Assembly: GCA_964016885.1 (NCBI GenBank)
Contig: OZ024740.1
Span: 255,564,001-255,628,000 of the forward strand
Direction: 5' to 3'
DNA: 64,000 bases
Source: Eledone cirrhosa
Lineage: Eukaryota
Part shown: positions 13,801 to 33,100 of the stretch, one piece after another
How the letters are laid out: each line of letters opens with the position of its first letter
Numbering within the stretch: the first letter of the stretch is position 1
The notes under the pieces: model-generated
What the model saw: only the letters and a program-made list of their open reading frames with translations
What the model was told of the DNA's origin: nothing
Databases searched by the model: none
Translations under genes and position numbers: made by a program

Positions 13801-16473
13801 ATTAACACATGTACATAGACATACATTAACACATGGACACAGACATACATTAACACATGGACATTGACATACATTAACACATGGACATAGATATACATTA
13901 ACACATGGACATACATATACATTAACACATGGACATAGACATACATTAACACATGGACACAGACTTTGATTAACACATGGACATAGACATACATTAACAC
14001 ATGGACATAGACATACATTAACACATGGACACAGACATACATTAACACATGAACATAGACATACATTAACACATGGACATAGACATACATTAACACATGT
14101 ACATAGACATACATTAACACATGGACATAGACACACATTAACACATGTACATAGACATACATTAACACATGTACACAGACATACATTAACACATGCACAT
14201 AGACACACATTAACACATGGACATAGATATACATTAACACATGGACACAGACATACATTAAAACATGGACATATATATACATTAACACATGTACATAGAC
14301 ATACATTAACACATGGACATAGACATATATTAACACATGGACATAGACATACATTAACACATGGACATAGACATACATTAACAGATGGACACAGACATAC
14401 ATTAACACATGGACACAGACATACATTAACACATGGACATAGACATACATTAACACATGGACATAGACATATATTAACACATGGACATAGACATACATTA
14501 ACACATGGACACAGACATACATTAACACATGGACAGAGATATACATTAATACATGGACATAGACATACATTAACACATGTACATAGACATACATTAACAC
14601 ATGTACATAGAGATACATTAACACGTGGACATAGTCATACATTAACACATGTACATAGACATAAATTAACACATGTACATAGACATACATTAACACATGG
14701 ACACATACATACATTAACACATGGACACAGACATACATTAACACATGTACATAGACATACATTAACACATGGACATAGACATACATTAACAGATGTACAT
14801 AGACATACATTAACACATGGACACAGTCATACATTAACACACGGATATAGAGATATATTAACACATGTACATAGATATACATTAACACATGTACATAGAT
14901 ATACATTAACACATGTACATAGACGTAAATTAACACGTGTACATAGACATACATTAACACATAGACATAGACATACATTACCACATGTACATAGACATAC
15001 ATTAACACATGGACACATACATACATTAACACATGGACATAGATATACATTAACACATGGACATAGAGATACATTAACACATGGACATAGACATACATTA
15101 ACACATGTACATAGATATACATTAACACATGGACATAGACATACATTAACACATGGACATACATATACATTAACACATGAACATAGACATACATTAACAA
15201 ACGGACATAGAGATACATTAACACATGGACATAGATATACATTAACACATGGACATAGACATAGATTAACACATGGACATAGACATACATTAACACTTGG
15301 ACATATACATACATTAACACATGGACACAGACATACATTAACACATGGACACAGACATACATTAACACATGGACATAGAAATACATTAACACATGGACAT
15401 AGACATACATTAACACATGTACATAGACATACATTAACACATGTACATAGAGATACATTAACACGTGGACATAGACATACATTAACACATGCACATAGAT
15501 ATACATTAAAACATGTACATAGACATACATTAACACATTCACATAGACATAAATTAACACATGGATATAGACATACATTAACACATGGACATTGACATAC
15601 ATTAACACATGGACATAGATATACATTAACACATGGACATACATATACATTAACACATGGACATAGACATACATTAACACATGGACACAGACATACATTA
15701 ACACATGCACACAGACATACATTAACAAATGGACATAGACATACATTAACACATGTACATAGACATACATTAACACATGGAAATAGACATACATTAACAC
15801 ATGGACATAGACATAAATTAACACATGAACATAGACATACATTAACACATGGACATAGACATACATTAACACATGTACATAGACATACATTAACACATGT
15901 ACATAGAGATACATTAACACATGGACATAGACATACATTAACACATGTACATAGACACACATTAACACATGGACATAGATATAAATTAACACATGGACAC
16001 AGACATACATTAAAACATGGACATAGATATACATTAACACTTGTACATAGTCATACATTAACACATGGACATAGATATATATTAACACATGGACATAGAC
16101 ATACATTAACACATGGACATAGACATACATTAACACATGGACACAGACATACATTAACACATGGACACAGACATACATTAACCCATGGACATAGACATAC
16201 ATTATCACATGGACATAGACATACATTAACACATGGACATAGACATAGATTAACACATGGACACAGACATACATTAACACATGGACATAGATATACGTTA
16301 ACACATGGACATAGACATACATTATAACATGTACATAGACATACATTAACACATGTACATAGAGATACATTAACACATGGACATAGACATACATTAACAC
16401 ATGTACATAGATATACATTAACACATGTACATAGACATATATTAACACATGTACATAGACATAAATTAACACA
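4900..16473. repeat. Higher-order tandem duplication, 2 x 5783 bp (241 units minus 1 bp)
   Basis: Identical ORFs 6017..7804 and 11800..13587 (offset 5783). Rare markers CTTTG at 8181/13964 and a 23-bp unit at ~7845/~13628. The match starts near 4901/10684 and ends near 10690/16473. Confidence 0.92.
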
Positions 16474-19400
16474 TGTACATAGACATATATTAACACATGG
16501 AAACAGACATACATTAACACATGTACATAGACATACATTAACACATGGACATAGACATACATTAACAGATGTACATAGGCATACATTAACACATGGACAC
16601 AGTCATACATTAACACATGGACATTGCCATACATTAACACATGGATATAGATATACATTAACACATGGACATACATATACATTAACACATGGACATAGAC
16701 ATACATTAACACATGGACACAGACATACATTAACCCATGGACATTGACATACATTAACACATGGACATAGACTTACATTAACACATGGACACAGACATAC
16801 ATTAACACATGTACATAGACATACATAAACACATGTACATAGAGATACATTAACACATGGACATTGACATAGATTAACACATGTACATAGACATACATTA
16901 GCACATGGACATAGACATACATTAACACATGGACACAGACATACGTTAACACATAGACATTGACATACATTAACACATGGACATAGTCATACATTAACAC
17001 ATGTACATAGACATACATTAACACATGGACATAGACACACATTAACACATGGACATAGATATACATTAAAACATGGACACAGACATACTTTAACACATGT
17101 ACATAGATATACATTAACACATGTACATAGGCATACATTAACACATGGACATAGACATACATTAACACAAGGACATAGACATACATTAACACATGGACGT
17201 AGATTTACATTAACACATGGACACAGACATACATTAACGAATGGACATAGATATACATTAACACATGGATATAGACATACATTAACACATGGACATAGAC
17301 ATACATTAACACATGGACATAGACATACATTAATACATGGACATAGATATACATTAACACATGGACATAGAGATACATTAACACATGTACATAGATATAC
17401 ATTAACACATGGACAGAGATATACATTAACACATGGACATAGAGATACATTAACAAATGGACAGAGATATACATTAACACGTGGACATAGACATACATTA
17501 ATACATGGACCTAGACATACATTACCACATGGACACATACATACATTAACACACGGACATAGAGATACATTAACACATGGACATACATATACATTAACAC
17601 ATGGACATAGACATACATTAACACATAGACATAGATATACATTAACACATAGAGATAGATATACATTAACACATGTACATAGATATACATTAACACATGG
17701 ACATAGATATTCATTAACACATGGACATTGCAATACATTAACACATGTACATAGAGATACATTAACACATGGACATAGATAGACATTAACCCATGTACAT
17801 AGACATACATTAACACATGGACATAGACATACATTAACACATGGACATAGACATACATTAACACAAGTACATAGACATACATTAACACATGGACATAGAC
17901 ATACATTAACACATGGACACATATATACATTAACACATGGACACAGACATACATTAACACATGTACATAGACATACATTAACACATGGACATAGACATAC
18001 ATTAACACATGTACATAGACATACATTAACACATGGACACAGACATACATTAACACATGGACATTGACATACACTAACACATGGACATAGACATACATTA
18101 ACACATGGACATAGACATACATTAACACATGGACATTGACATACATTAACAAATGGACATAGATATGCATTAACACATGGACATACATATACATTAACAC
18201 ATGGACAAAGACATACGTTAACACATGAACACAGACATACATTAACACATGGACATAGACATACATTAACACATGGACATAGACATACATTAACACATGG
18301 ACATAGACATAGATTAACACATGGACACTGACATACATTAACACATGGACACAGACATACATTAACACATGGAAATAGACATACATTAACACATGGACAT
18401 AGACACACATTAACACATGGACATAGATATACATTAACACATGGACATAGAGATACATTAACACATGGACATAGACATACATTAACACATGTACATAGAT
18501 ATACATTAACACATGGACATAGACATACATTAATTCATGGACATACATATACATTAACACATGGACATAGACATACATTAACAAACGGACATAGAGATAC
18601 ATTAACACATGGACATAGATATACATTAAGACATGGACATAGACATACGTTAACACATGGACATAGACTTACATTAACACTTGGACATAGACATACATTA
18701 ACACATGGACACAGACATACATTAACACATGGACACAGACATACATTAACACATGGACATACATATACATTAACACATGGACATAGACATACATTAACAC
18801 ATGGACACAGACATACATTAACACATGGACATAGACATACATTAACACATGGACATAGACATACATTAACACATGGACATAGACATACATTAACACATGT
18901 ACATAGACATACATTAACACATGGACATAGACACACATTAACACATGTACGTAGACATACATTAACACATGTACACAGACATACATTAACACATGGACAT
19001 AGACACACATTAACACATGGACATAGATATACATTAACACATGTACATAGACATACATTAACACATGGACATAGACACATATTAACACATGGACATAGAC
19101 ATACATTAACACATGGACATAGACATACATTAACAGATGGACACAGACATACATTAACACATGGACACAGACATACATTAACACATGGACATAGACATAC
19201 ATTAACACATGGACATAGACATATATTAACACATGGACATAGACATACATTAACACATGGACACAGACATACATTAACACATGGACATAGATATACATTA
19301 ACACATGGACATAGACATACATTAACACATGTACATAGACATACATTAACACATGTACATAGAGATACATTAACACGTGGACATAGATATACATTAACAC

Positions 19401-22400
19401 ATGTACATAGATATACATTAACACATGTACATAGACATATATTAACACATGTACATAGACATAAATTAACACATGTCCATAGACATACATTAACACATGG
19501 ACACAGACATACATTAACACATGGACGCAGACATACATTAACACATGTACATAGACATACATTAACACATGGACATAGACATAAATTAACAGATGTATAT
19601 AGACATACATTAACACATGCACACAGACATACATTAACACATGGACATAGACATACATTAACACATGGACATAGACATACATTAACACATGGACATTGAC
19701 ATACATTAACACATGGATATATATATATACATTAACACATGGACATACATATACATTAACACATGGACATAGACATACATTAACACATGGACACAGACAT
19801 ACATTAACACATGGACATAGACATACATGAACACATGGATATAGACATACATTAACACATGGACACAGACATACATTAACACATGTACATAGATATACAT
19901 AAACACATGTACATAGAGATACATTAACACATGGGCGTTGACATACATTAACACATGTACATAGACATACATTAACACATGGACATAGACATACATTAAC
20001 ACATGGACACAGACATACATTAACACATACACATAGACATACATTAACACATGGACATAGATATACATTAACACATGGACATAGATATACATTAACACAT
20101 GGACAGAGATATACGTTAACACATGGACATAGAGATACATTAACAAATGGACACAGACATACATTAACACATGTACATAAGCATACATTAACACATGGAC
20201 ATAGACATACATTAACACATGGACATAGACATACATTAACACATGGACGTAGATATACATTAACACATGGACACAGACATACATTAACACATGGATATAG
20301 ACATACATTAACACATGGACATAGACATACATTAACACATGGACATAGACATACATTAACACATGGACATAGACATACATTAACACATGGACATAGACAT
20401 ACATTAATACATGGACATAGATATACATTAACACATGGACAGAGATATACGTTAACACATGGACATAGAGATACATTAACAAATGGACACAGACATACAT
20501 TAACACATGTACATAGAGATACATTAACACATGGACACATATATACATTAACACATGTACATAGACATACATTAACACATGGACATAGACATACATTAAC
20601 ACATGGATATAGATATACATTAACAAATGGATATAGACATACATTCACACATGGACATAGATATACATTAATACATGGACATAGATATACATTAACACAT
20701 GGACACATACATACATTAACACACGGACATAGAGATATATTAACACATGGACATACATATACGTTAACACATGGACATAGACATACATTAACACATAGAC
20801 ATACATATACATTAACACATAGACATAGATATACATTAACACATGTACATAGATATACATTAACACATGGACATAGATATACATTAACACATGTACATAG
20901 ACATACATTAACACATGGACATAGACATACATTAACACATGGAAACAGACATACATTAACACATAGACATAGACATACATTAACACATGGACATAGACAT
21001 ACATTAACACACGTACATAGACATACATTAACACATGGACATAGACATACATTAACACATGGACATACATATACATTAACACATGAACATAGACATACAT
21101 TAACAAACGGACATAGAGATACATTAACACATGGACATAGATATACATTAACACATGGACATAGACATAGATTAACACATGGACATAGACATACATTAAC
21201 ACTTGGACATATACATACATTAACACATGGACACAGACATACATTAACACATGGACACAGACATACATTAACACATGGACATAGAAATACATTAACACAT
21301 GGACATAGACATACATTAACACATGTACATAGACATACATTAACACATGTACATAGAGATACATTAACACGTGGACATAGACATACATTAACACATGCAC
21401 ATAGATATACATTAAAACATGTACATAGACATACATTAACACATTCACATAGACATAAATTAACACATGGATATAGACATACATTAACACATGGACATTG
21501 ACATACATTAACACATGGACATAGATATACATTAACACATGGACATACATATACATTAACACATGGACATAGACATACATTAACACATGGACACAGACAT
21601 ACATTAACACATGCACACAGACATACATTAACAAATGGACATAGACATACATTAACACATGTACATAGACATACATTAACACATGGAAATAGACATACAT
21701 TAACACATGGACATAGACATGAATTAACATATGAACATAGACATACATTAACACATGGACATAGACATACATTAACACATGTACATAGACATACATTAAC
21801 ACATGTACATAGAGATACATTAACACATGGACATAGACATACATTAACACATGTACATAGACACACATTAACACATGGACATAGATATAAATTAACACAT
21901 GGACACAGACATACATTAAAACATGGACATAGATATACATTAACACTTGTACATAGTCATACATTAACACATGGACATAGATATATATTAACACATGGAC
22001 ATAGACATACATTAACACATGGACATAGACATACATTAACACATGGACACAGACATACATTAACACATGGACACAGACATACATTAACCCATGGACATAG
22101 ACATACATTATCACATGGACATAGACATACATTAACACATGGACATAGACATAGATTAACACATGGACACAGACATACATTAACACATGGACATAGATAT
22201 ACGTTAACACATGGACATAGACATACATTATAACATGTACATAGACATACATTAACACATGTACATAGAGATACATTAACACATGGACATAGACATACAT
22301 TAACACATGTACATAGATATACATTAACACATGTACATAGACATATATTAACACATGTACATAGACATAAATTAACACATGTACATAGACATATATTAAC

Positions 22401-25400
22401 ACATGGAAACAGACATACATTAACACATGTACATAGACATACATTAACACATGGACATAGACATACATTAACAGATGTACATAGGCATACATTAACACAT
22501 GGACACAGTCATACATTAACACATGGACATTGCCATACATTAACACATGGATATAGATATACATTAACACATGGACATACATATACATTAACACATGGAC
22601 ATAGACATACATTAACACATGGACACAGACATACATTAACCCATGGACATTGACATACATTAACACATGGACATAGACTTACATTAACACATGGACACAG
22701 ACATACATTAACACATGTACATAGACATACATAAACACATGTACATAGAGATACATTAACACATGGACATTGACATACATTAACACATGTACATAGACAT
22801 ACATTAGCACATGGACATAGACATACATTAACACATGGACACAGACATACGTTAACACATTGACATTGACATACATTAACACATGGACATAGTCATACAT
22901 TAACACATGTACATAGACATACATTAACACATGGACATAGACACACATTAACACATGGACATAGATATACATTAAAACATGGACACAGACATACTTTAAC
23001 ACATGTACATAGATATACATTAACACATGTACATAGGCATACATTAACACATGGACATAGACATACATTAACACAAGGACATAGACATACATTAACACAT
23101 GGACGTAGATTTACATTAACACATGGACACAGACATACATTAACGAATGGACATAGATATACATTAACACATGGATATAGACATACATTAACACATGGAC
23201 ATAGACATACATTAACACATGGACATAGACATACATTAATACATGGACATAGATATACATTAACACATAGACATAGATATACATTAACACATGTACATAG
23301 ATATACATTAACACATGGACATAGATATTCATTAACACATGGACATTGCAATACATTAACACATGTACATAGATATACATTAACACATGGACATAGATAT
23401 TCATTAACACATGGACATTGCAATACATTAACACATGTACATAGAGATACATTAACACATGGACATAGATAGACATTAACCCATGTACATAGACATACAT
23501 TAACACATGGACATAGACATACATTAACACATGGACATAGACATACATTAACACAAGTACATAGACATACATTAACACATGGACATAGACATACATTAAC
23601 ACATGGACACATATATACATTAACACATGGACACAGACATACATTAACACATGTACATAGACATACATTAACACATGGACATAGACATACATTAACACAT
23701 GTACATAGACATACATTAACACATGGACACAGACATACATTAACACATGGACATTGACATACACTAACACATGGACATAGACATACATTAACACATGGAC
23801 ATAGACATACATTAACACATGGACATTGACATACATTAACAAATGGACATAGATATGCATTAACACATGGACATACATATACATTAACACATGGACAAAG
23901 ACATACGTTAACACATGAACACAGACATACATTAACACATGGACATAGACATACATTAACACATGGACATAGACATACATTAACACATGGACATAGACAT
24001 AGATTAACACATGGACACTGACATACATTAACACATGGACACAGACATACATTAACACATGGAAATAGACATACATTAACACATGGACATAGACACACAT
24101 TAACACATGGACATAGATATACATTAACACATGGACATAGAGATACATTAACACATGGACATAGACATACATTAACACATGTACATAGATATACATTAAC
24201 ACATGGACATAGACATACATTAATTCATGGACATACATATACATTAACACATGGACATAGACATACATTAACAAACGGACATAGAGATACATTAACACAT
24301 GGACATAGATATACATTAAGACATGGACATAGACATACGTTAACACATGGACATAGACTTACATTAACACTTGGACATAGACATACATTAACACATGGAC
24401 ACAGACATACATTAACACATGGACACAGACATACATTAACACATGGACATACATATACATTAACACATGGACATAGACATACATTAACACATGGACACAG
24501 ACATACATTAACACATGGACATAGACATACATTAACACATGGACATAGACATACATTAACACATGGACATAGACATACATTAACACATGTACATAGACAT
24601 ACATTAACACATGGACATAGACACACATTAACACATGTACGTAGACATACATTAACACATGTACACAGACATACATTAACACATGGACATAGACACACAT
24701 TAACACATGGACATAGATATACATTAACACATGTACATAGACATACATTAACACATGGACATAGACACATATTAACACATGGACATAGACATACATTAAC
24801 ACATGGACATAGACATACATTAACAGATGGACACAGACATACATTAACACATGGACACAGACATACATTAACACATGGACATAGACATACATTAACACAT
24901 GGACATAGACATATATTAACACATGGACATAGACATACATTAACACATGGACACAGACATACATTAACACATGGACATAGATATACATTAACACATGGAC
25001 ATAGACATACATTAACACATGTACATAGACATACATTAACACATGTACATAGAGATACATTAACACGTGGACATAGATATACATTAACACATGTACATAG
25101 ATATACATTAACACATGTACATAGACATATATTAACACATGTACATAGACATAAATTAACACATGTCCATAGACATACATTAACACATGGACACAGACAT
25201 ACATTAACACATGGACGCAGACATACATTAACACATGTACATAGACATACATTAACACATGGACATAGACATAAATTAACAGATGTATATAGACATACAT
25301 TAACACATGCACACAGACATACATTAACACATGGACATAGACATACATTAACACATGGACATAGACATACATTAACACATGGACATTGACATACATTAAC

Positions 25401-26735
25401 ACATGGATATATATATATACATTAACACATGGACATACATATACATTAACACATGGACATAGACATACATTAACACATGGACACAGACATACATTAACAC
25501 ATGGACATAGACATACATGAACACATGGATATAGACATACATTAACACATGGACACAGACATACATTAACACATGTACATAGATATACATAAACACATGT
25601 ACATAGAGATACATTAACACATGGGCGTTGACATACATTAACACATGTACATAGACATACATTAACACATGGACATAGACATACATTAACACATGGACAC
25701 AGACATACATTAACACATACACATAGACATACATTAACACATGGACATAGATATACATTAACACATGGACATAGATATACATTAACACATGGACAGAGAT
25801 ATACGTTAACACATGGACATAGAGATACATTAACAAATGGACACAGACATACATTAACACATGTACATAAGCATACATTAACACATGGACATAGACATAC
25901 ATTAACACATGGACATAGACATACATTAACACATGGACGTAGATATACATTAACACATGGACACAGACATACATTAACACATGGATATAGACATACATTA
26001 ACACATGGACATAGACATACATTAACACATGGACATAGACATACATTAACACATGGACATAGACATACATTAACACATGGACATAGACATACATTAATAC
26101 ATGGACATAGATATACATTAACACATGGACAGAGATATACGTTAACACATGGACATAGAGATACATTAACAAATGGACACAGACATACATTAACACATGT
26201 ACATAGAGATACATTAACACATGGACACATATATACATTAACACATGTACATAGACATACATTAACACATGGACATAGACATACATTAACACATGGATAT
26301 AGATATACATTAACAAATGGATATAGACATACATTCACACATGGACATAGATATACATTAATACATGGACATAGATATACATTAACACATGGACACATAC
26401 ATACATTAACACACGGACATAGAGATATATTAACACATGGACATACATATACGTTAACACATGGACATAGACATACATTAACACATAGACATACATATAC
26501 ATTAACACATAGACATAGATATACATTAACACATGTACATAGATATACATTAACACATGGACATAGATATACATTAACACATGTACATAGACATACATTA
26601 ACACATGGACATAGACATACATTAACACATGGAAACAGACATACATTAACACATAGACATAGACATACATTAACACATGGACATAGACATACATTTACAC
26701 ACGTACATAGACATACATTAACACATGGACATAGA
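15120..26735. repeat. Higher-order tandem duplication of about 5.9 kb (offset 5906, then 5690 after a net 9-unit loss)
   Basis: ORF ends 16760/22666 (5906) and 18656/24346, 19706/25396 (5690). Both copies share a +2 bp (TA)-expanded unit at ~19710/~25400. Confidence 0.88.
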
Positions 26736-27559
26736 CACACATTAACACATGGACATAGATATACATTAAAACATAGACACAGAGATACTTTAACACATGT
26801 ACATAGATATACATTAACACATGTACATAGACATAAATTAACACATGGACATAGACATACATTAACACAAGGACATAGACATACATTAACACATGAACGT
26901 AGATTTACATTAACACATGGACACAGACATACATTAACACATGGACATAGATATACATTAACACATGGATATAGACATACATTAACACATGGACATAGAC
27001 ATACATTAACACATGGACATAGACATACATTAATACATGGACATAGATATACATTAACACATGGACATAGACATACATTAACGCATGGACATAGATATAC
27101 ATTAACACATGGACATAGAGATACATTAACAAATGGACAGAGATATACATTAACACATGGACATAGACATACATTAACACATGGACATAGACATACATTA
27201 ATACATGGACATAGACATACATTACCACATGGACACATACATACATTAACACACGGACATAGAGATACATTAACACATGGACATAGATATACATTAAAAC
27301 ATGGACATAGACATACATTAACACATAGACATACATATACATTAACACATAGACATAGATATACATTAACACATGTACATAGATATACATTAACACATGG
27401 ACATAGATATTCATTAACACATGGACATAGACATACATTAACACATGTACATAGAGATACATTAACACATGGACATAGATAGACATTAACCCATCTACAT
27501 AGACATACATTAACACATGGACATAGACATACATTAACACATGGACATAGACATACATT

Positions 27560-30060
27560 AACACATGTACATAGACATACATTAACACATGGACATAGAC
27601 ATACATTAACACATGGACACATACATACATTAACACATGGACACAGAAATACATTAACACATGTACATAGACATACATTAACACATGGACATAGACATAC
27701 ATTAACACATGTACATAGACATACATTAACACATGGACACAGACATACATTAACACATGGACATTGACATACCCTAACACATGGACATAGATATACATTA
27801 ACACATGGACATACATATACATTAACACATTGACAAAGACATACATTAAGACATGGACACAGACATACATTAACACATGGACATAGACATACATTAACAC
27901 ATGGACATAGACATACATTAACACATGGACATAGACATAGATTAACCCATGGACACAGACATACATTAACACATGGACACAGACATACATTAACACATGG
28001 AAATAGACATACATTAACACATGCACATAGACATACATTAACACATGGACACAGACATACATTAACACATGGACACTGACATACATTAACACATGTACAT
28101 AGAGATACATTAACACATGGACACATATATACATTAACACATGTACATAGACATACATTAACACATGGACATAGACATACATTAACACATGGATATAGAT
28201 ATACATTAACACATGGATATAGACATACATTCACACATGGACATAGACATACATTAATACATGGACATAGATATACATTAACACATGGACACATACATAC
28301 ATTAACACACGGACATAGAGATACGTTAACACATGGACATTGACATACATTAACACATGGACATAGATATGCATTAACACATGGACATACATATACATTA
28401 ACACATGGACAAAGACATACGTTAACACATGGACACAGACATACATTAACACATGGACATAGACATACATTAACACATGGACATAGACATACATTAACAC
28501 ATGGACACAGACATAGATTAACACATGGACACTGACATACATTAACACATAGACATAGACATACATTAACTCATGGACATAGACATACATTAACACATGT
28601 ACATAGACATACATTAACACATGGACATAGATATACATTAACACATGGTCATAGATATACATTAACACATGGACAGAGATATACGTTAACACATGGACAT
28701 AGAGATACATTAACAAATGGACACAGACATACATTAACACATGTACATAGAGATACATTAACACATGGACACATATATACATTAACACATGTACATAGAC
28801 ATACATTAACACATGGACATAGATATACATTAACACATGTACGTAGACATACATTAACACATGGACATAGACATACATTAACACATGGACATAGACATAC
28901 ATTAACACATGTACATAGACATACATTAACACATGGACATAGACATACATTAACACATGGACACATACATACATTAACACATGGACACAGACATACATTA
29001 ACACATGTACATAGACATACATTAACACATGGACATAGACATACATTAACACATGTACATAGACATACATTAACACATGGTCACAGACATACATTAACAC
29101 ATGGACATTGACATACCCTAACACATGGACATAGATATACATTAACACATGGACATACATATACATTAACACATTGACAAAGACATACATTAAGACATGG
29201 ACACAGACATACATTAACACATGGACATAGACATACATTAACACATGGACATAGACATACATTAAGACATGGACATAGACATAGATTAACCCATGGACAC
29301 AGACATACATTAACACATGGACACAGACATACATTAACACATGGAAATAGACATACATTAACACATGCACATAGACATACACTAACACATGGACACAGAC
29401 ATACATTAACACATGGACACTGACATACATTAACACATGTACATAGAGATACATTAACACATGGACACATATATACATTAACACATGTACATAGACATAC
29501 ATTAACACATGGACATAGACATACATTAACACATGCATATAGATATACATTAACACATGGATATAGACATACATTCACACATGGACATAGACATACATTA
29601 ATACATGGACATAGATATACATTAACACATGGACACATACATACATTAACACACGGACATAGAGATACGTTAACACATGGACATTGACATACATTAACAC
29701 ATGGACATAGATATGCATTAACACATGGACATACATATACATTAACACATGGACAAAGACATACGTTAACAGATGGACACAGACATACATTAACACATGG
29801 ACATAGACATACATTAACACATGGACATAGACATACATTAAGACATGGACATAGACATAGATTAACACATGGACACTGAAATACATTAACACATAGACAT
29901 AGACATACATTAACTCATGGACATAGACATACATTAACACATGTACATAGACATACATTAACACATGGACATAGATATACATTAACACATGGTCATAGAT
30001 ATACATTAACACATGGACAGAGATATACGTTAACACATGGACATAGAGATACATTAACAA
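27560..30060. repeat. Higher-order duplication, offset 1344 bp (56 units)
   Basis: Markers ACCCTAAC at 27771/29115 and ATTCAC at ~28229/~29573. Boundaries are approximate. Confidence 0.8.
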
Positions 30061-30169
30061 ATGGACACAGATATACATTAACACATGTACTTAGAGATAC
30101 ATTAACACATGGACACATATATACATTAACACATGTACATAGACATACATTAACACGTGGACATAGATA

Positions 30170-33100
30170 TACATTAACACATGGACGTAGATATACATTA
30201 ACACATGGACACAGACATACATTAACACATGGACATAGATATACATTAACACATGGACATAGACATACATTAACACATGGACGTAGAGATACATTAACAC
30301 AGGGATATAGACATACATTAACACATGGACATAGACATACATTAACACATGGACATAGACATACATTAACACATGGACATAGATATATATTAACACATGG
30401 ACATAGACATACATTAACACATGGTCATAGATATACATTAACACCTGGACAGAGATATACGTTAAAACATGGACATAGAGATACATTAACAAATGGACAC
30501 AGACATACATTAACACATGTACATAGAGATACATTAACACATGGACACATATATACATTAACACATGTACATAGACATACATTAACACATGGACATAGAC
30601 ATACATTAACACATGGATATAGATATACATTAACACATGGATATAGACCTACATTCACACATGGACATAGACATACATTAATACATGGACATAGATATAC
30701 ATTAACACATGGACACATACATACATTAACACACGGACATATAGATATATTAACACATGGACATACATATACATTAACACATGGACATAGACATACATTA
30801 ACACATAGACATACATATACATTAACACATGGACATAGATATACATTAACACATGGACATAGACATACATTAACAGATGTACATAGAGATACATTAACAC
30901 TTGGACATAGATAGAGATTAACACATGTACATAGACATACATTAACACATGGACATAGACATACATTAACACATGGACATAGACATACATTAACACATGT
31001 ACATAGACATACATTAACACATGGACATAGACATACATTAACACATGGACATAGACATACATTAACACATGGACACAGACATACATTAACACATGGGCAT
31101 AGACATACATTAACACATGGACACAGACATACATTAACACATGGACACATACATACATTAACACATGGACATAGACATACATTAACACATGGACATAGAC
31201 ATACATTAACACATGGACACAGACATACATTAACACACGGACATAGAGATACATTAACACATGGACATAGATATAAATTAACACATGGACATAGAGATAC
31301 ATTAACACATGGTCATAGACATACATTAACACATGGAAACAGACATACATTAACACATGGACATAGAAATACATTAACACATGTACATAGAGATACATTA
31401 ACACATGGACATAGATATACATTAACACATGTACATAAACATACATTAACACATGGACAAAGACATACATTAACACATGTACATAGAGATACATTAACAC
31501 ATGGACACATATATACATTAACACATGTACATAGACATACATTAACACATGGACATAGACATACATTAACACATGGACACAGACATACATTAACACATGG
31601 ACATAGAGATACATTAACACATGGACATAGACATACATTAACACATGGACATAGACATACATTAACACACGGACATGGACATACATTAACACATGTACAT
31701 ATACATACATTAACACATGGACATACATATACAATAACACATGGACATAGACATACATTAACACACGGACATAGAGATACATTAACACATGTACATAGAT
31801 ATATATTAACACATGTACATAGACATACATTAACACATGTACATAGACATACACTAACACATGGACATAGATATACATTAACACACGGACATAGAGATAT
31901 ATTAACACATGTACATAGATATACATTAACACATGGACATAGACATACATTAACACATGTACATAGACATAAATTAACACATGTACATAGACATACATTA
32001 ACACATGGACACAGACATACATTAACACATGGACACAGACATACATTAACACATGTACATAGACATACATTAACACAGGGACATAGACATACATTAACAC
32101 ATGTACATAGACATACATTAACACATGTACATAGAGATACATTAACACACGGACATAGAGATACATTAACACATGTACATAGATATACATTAACACATGG
32201 ACATAGACATACATTAACACATGGACATAGACATACATAAACACATGGACATAGACATACATTAACACATGGACAGAGACATACATTAACACATGGACAC
32301 AGACATACATTAACACATGGACATAGACATACATTAACACATGGACATAGACATACATTAACACATGTACATAGACATACATTAACACATGAACATAGAG
32401 ATACATTAACACGTGGACATAGACATACATTAACACATGTACATAGACATAAATTAACACATGTACATAGACATACATTAACACATGGACATAGACATAC
32501 ATTAACACATGTAAATAGACATACATTAACACATGGATATAGACATACATTAACAGATGTACATAGACATACATTAACACATGGAGACAGTCATACATTA
32601 ACACATGGGCATATACATACATTAACACATGTACATAGCCATACATTAACGCATAGACATAGAGATACATTAACACATGGACATAGAGATACATTAACAC
32701 ATGGACATAGACATACATTAACACATGGAAACAGACATACATTAACTCATGGACATAGACATACATTAACACATGGACATAGACATACATTAACACATGT
32801 ACATAGACATACATTAACACATGGACACAGACATACATTAACACCCGGACATAGAGATACATTAACACATGGACATAGATATACATTAACACATGGACAT
32901 AGAGATAAATTAATACATGGACATAGACATACATTAACAGATGGAAACAGACATACATTAACACATGGACATAGATATGCATTAACACATGGACATACAT
33001 ATACATTAACACATGGACAAAGACATACGTTAACACATGGACACAGACATACATTAACACATGGACATAGACATACATTAACACATGGACATAGACATAC

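Noticed and set aside
7886-28294. Metallothionein, keratin-associated or zinc-finger gene from the CLCPCVNV frame
   Set aside because: The Cys periodicity comes from TG-rich repeat DNA. There is no C2H2 spacing and frequent TGA stops interrupt the frame.
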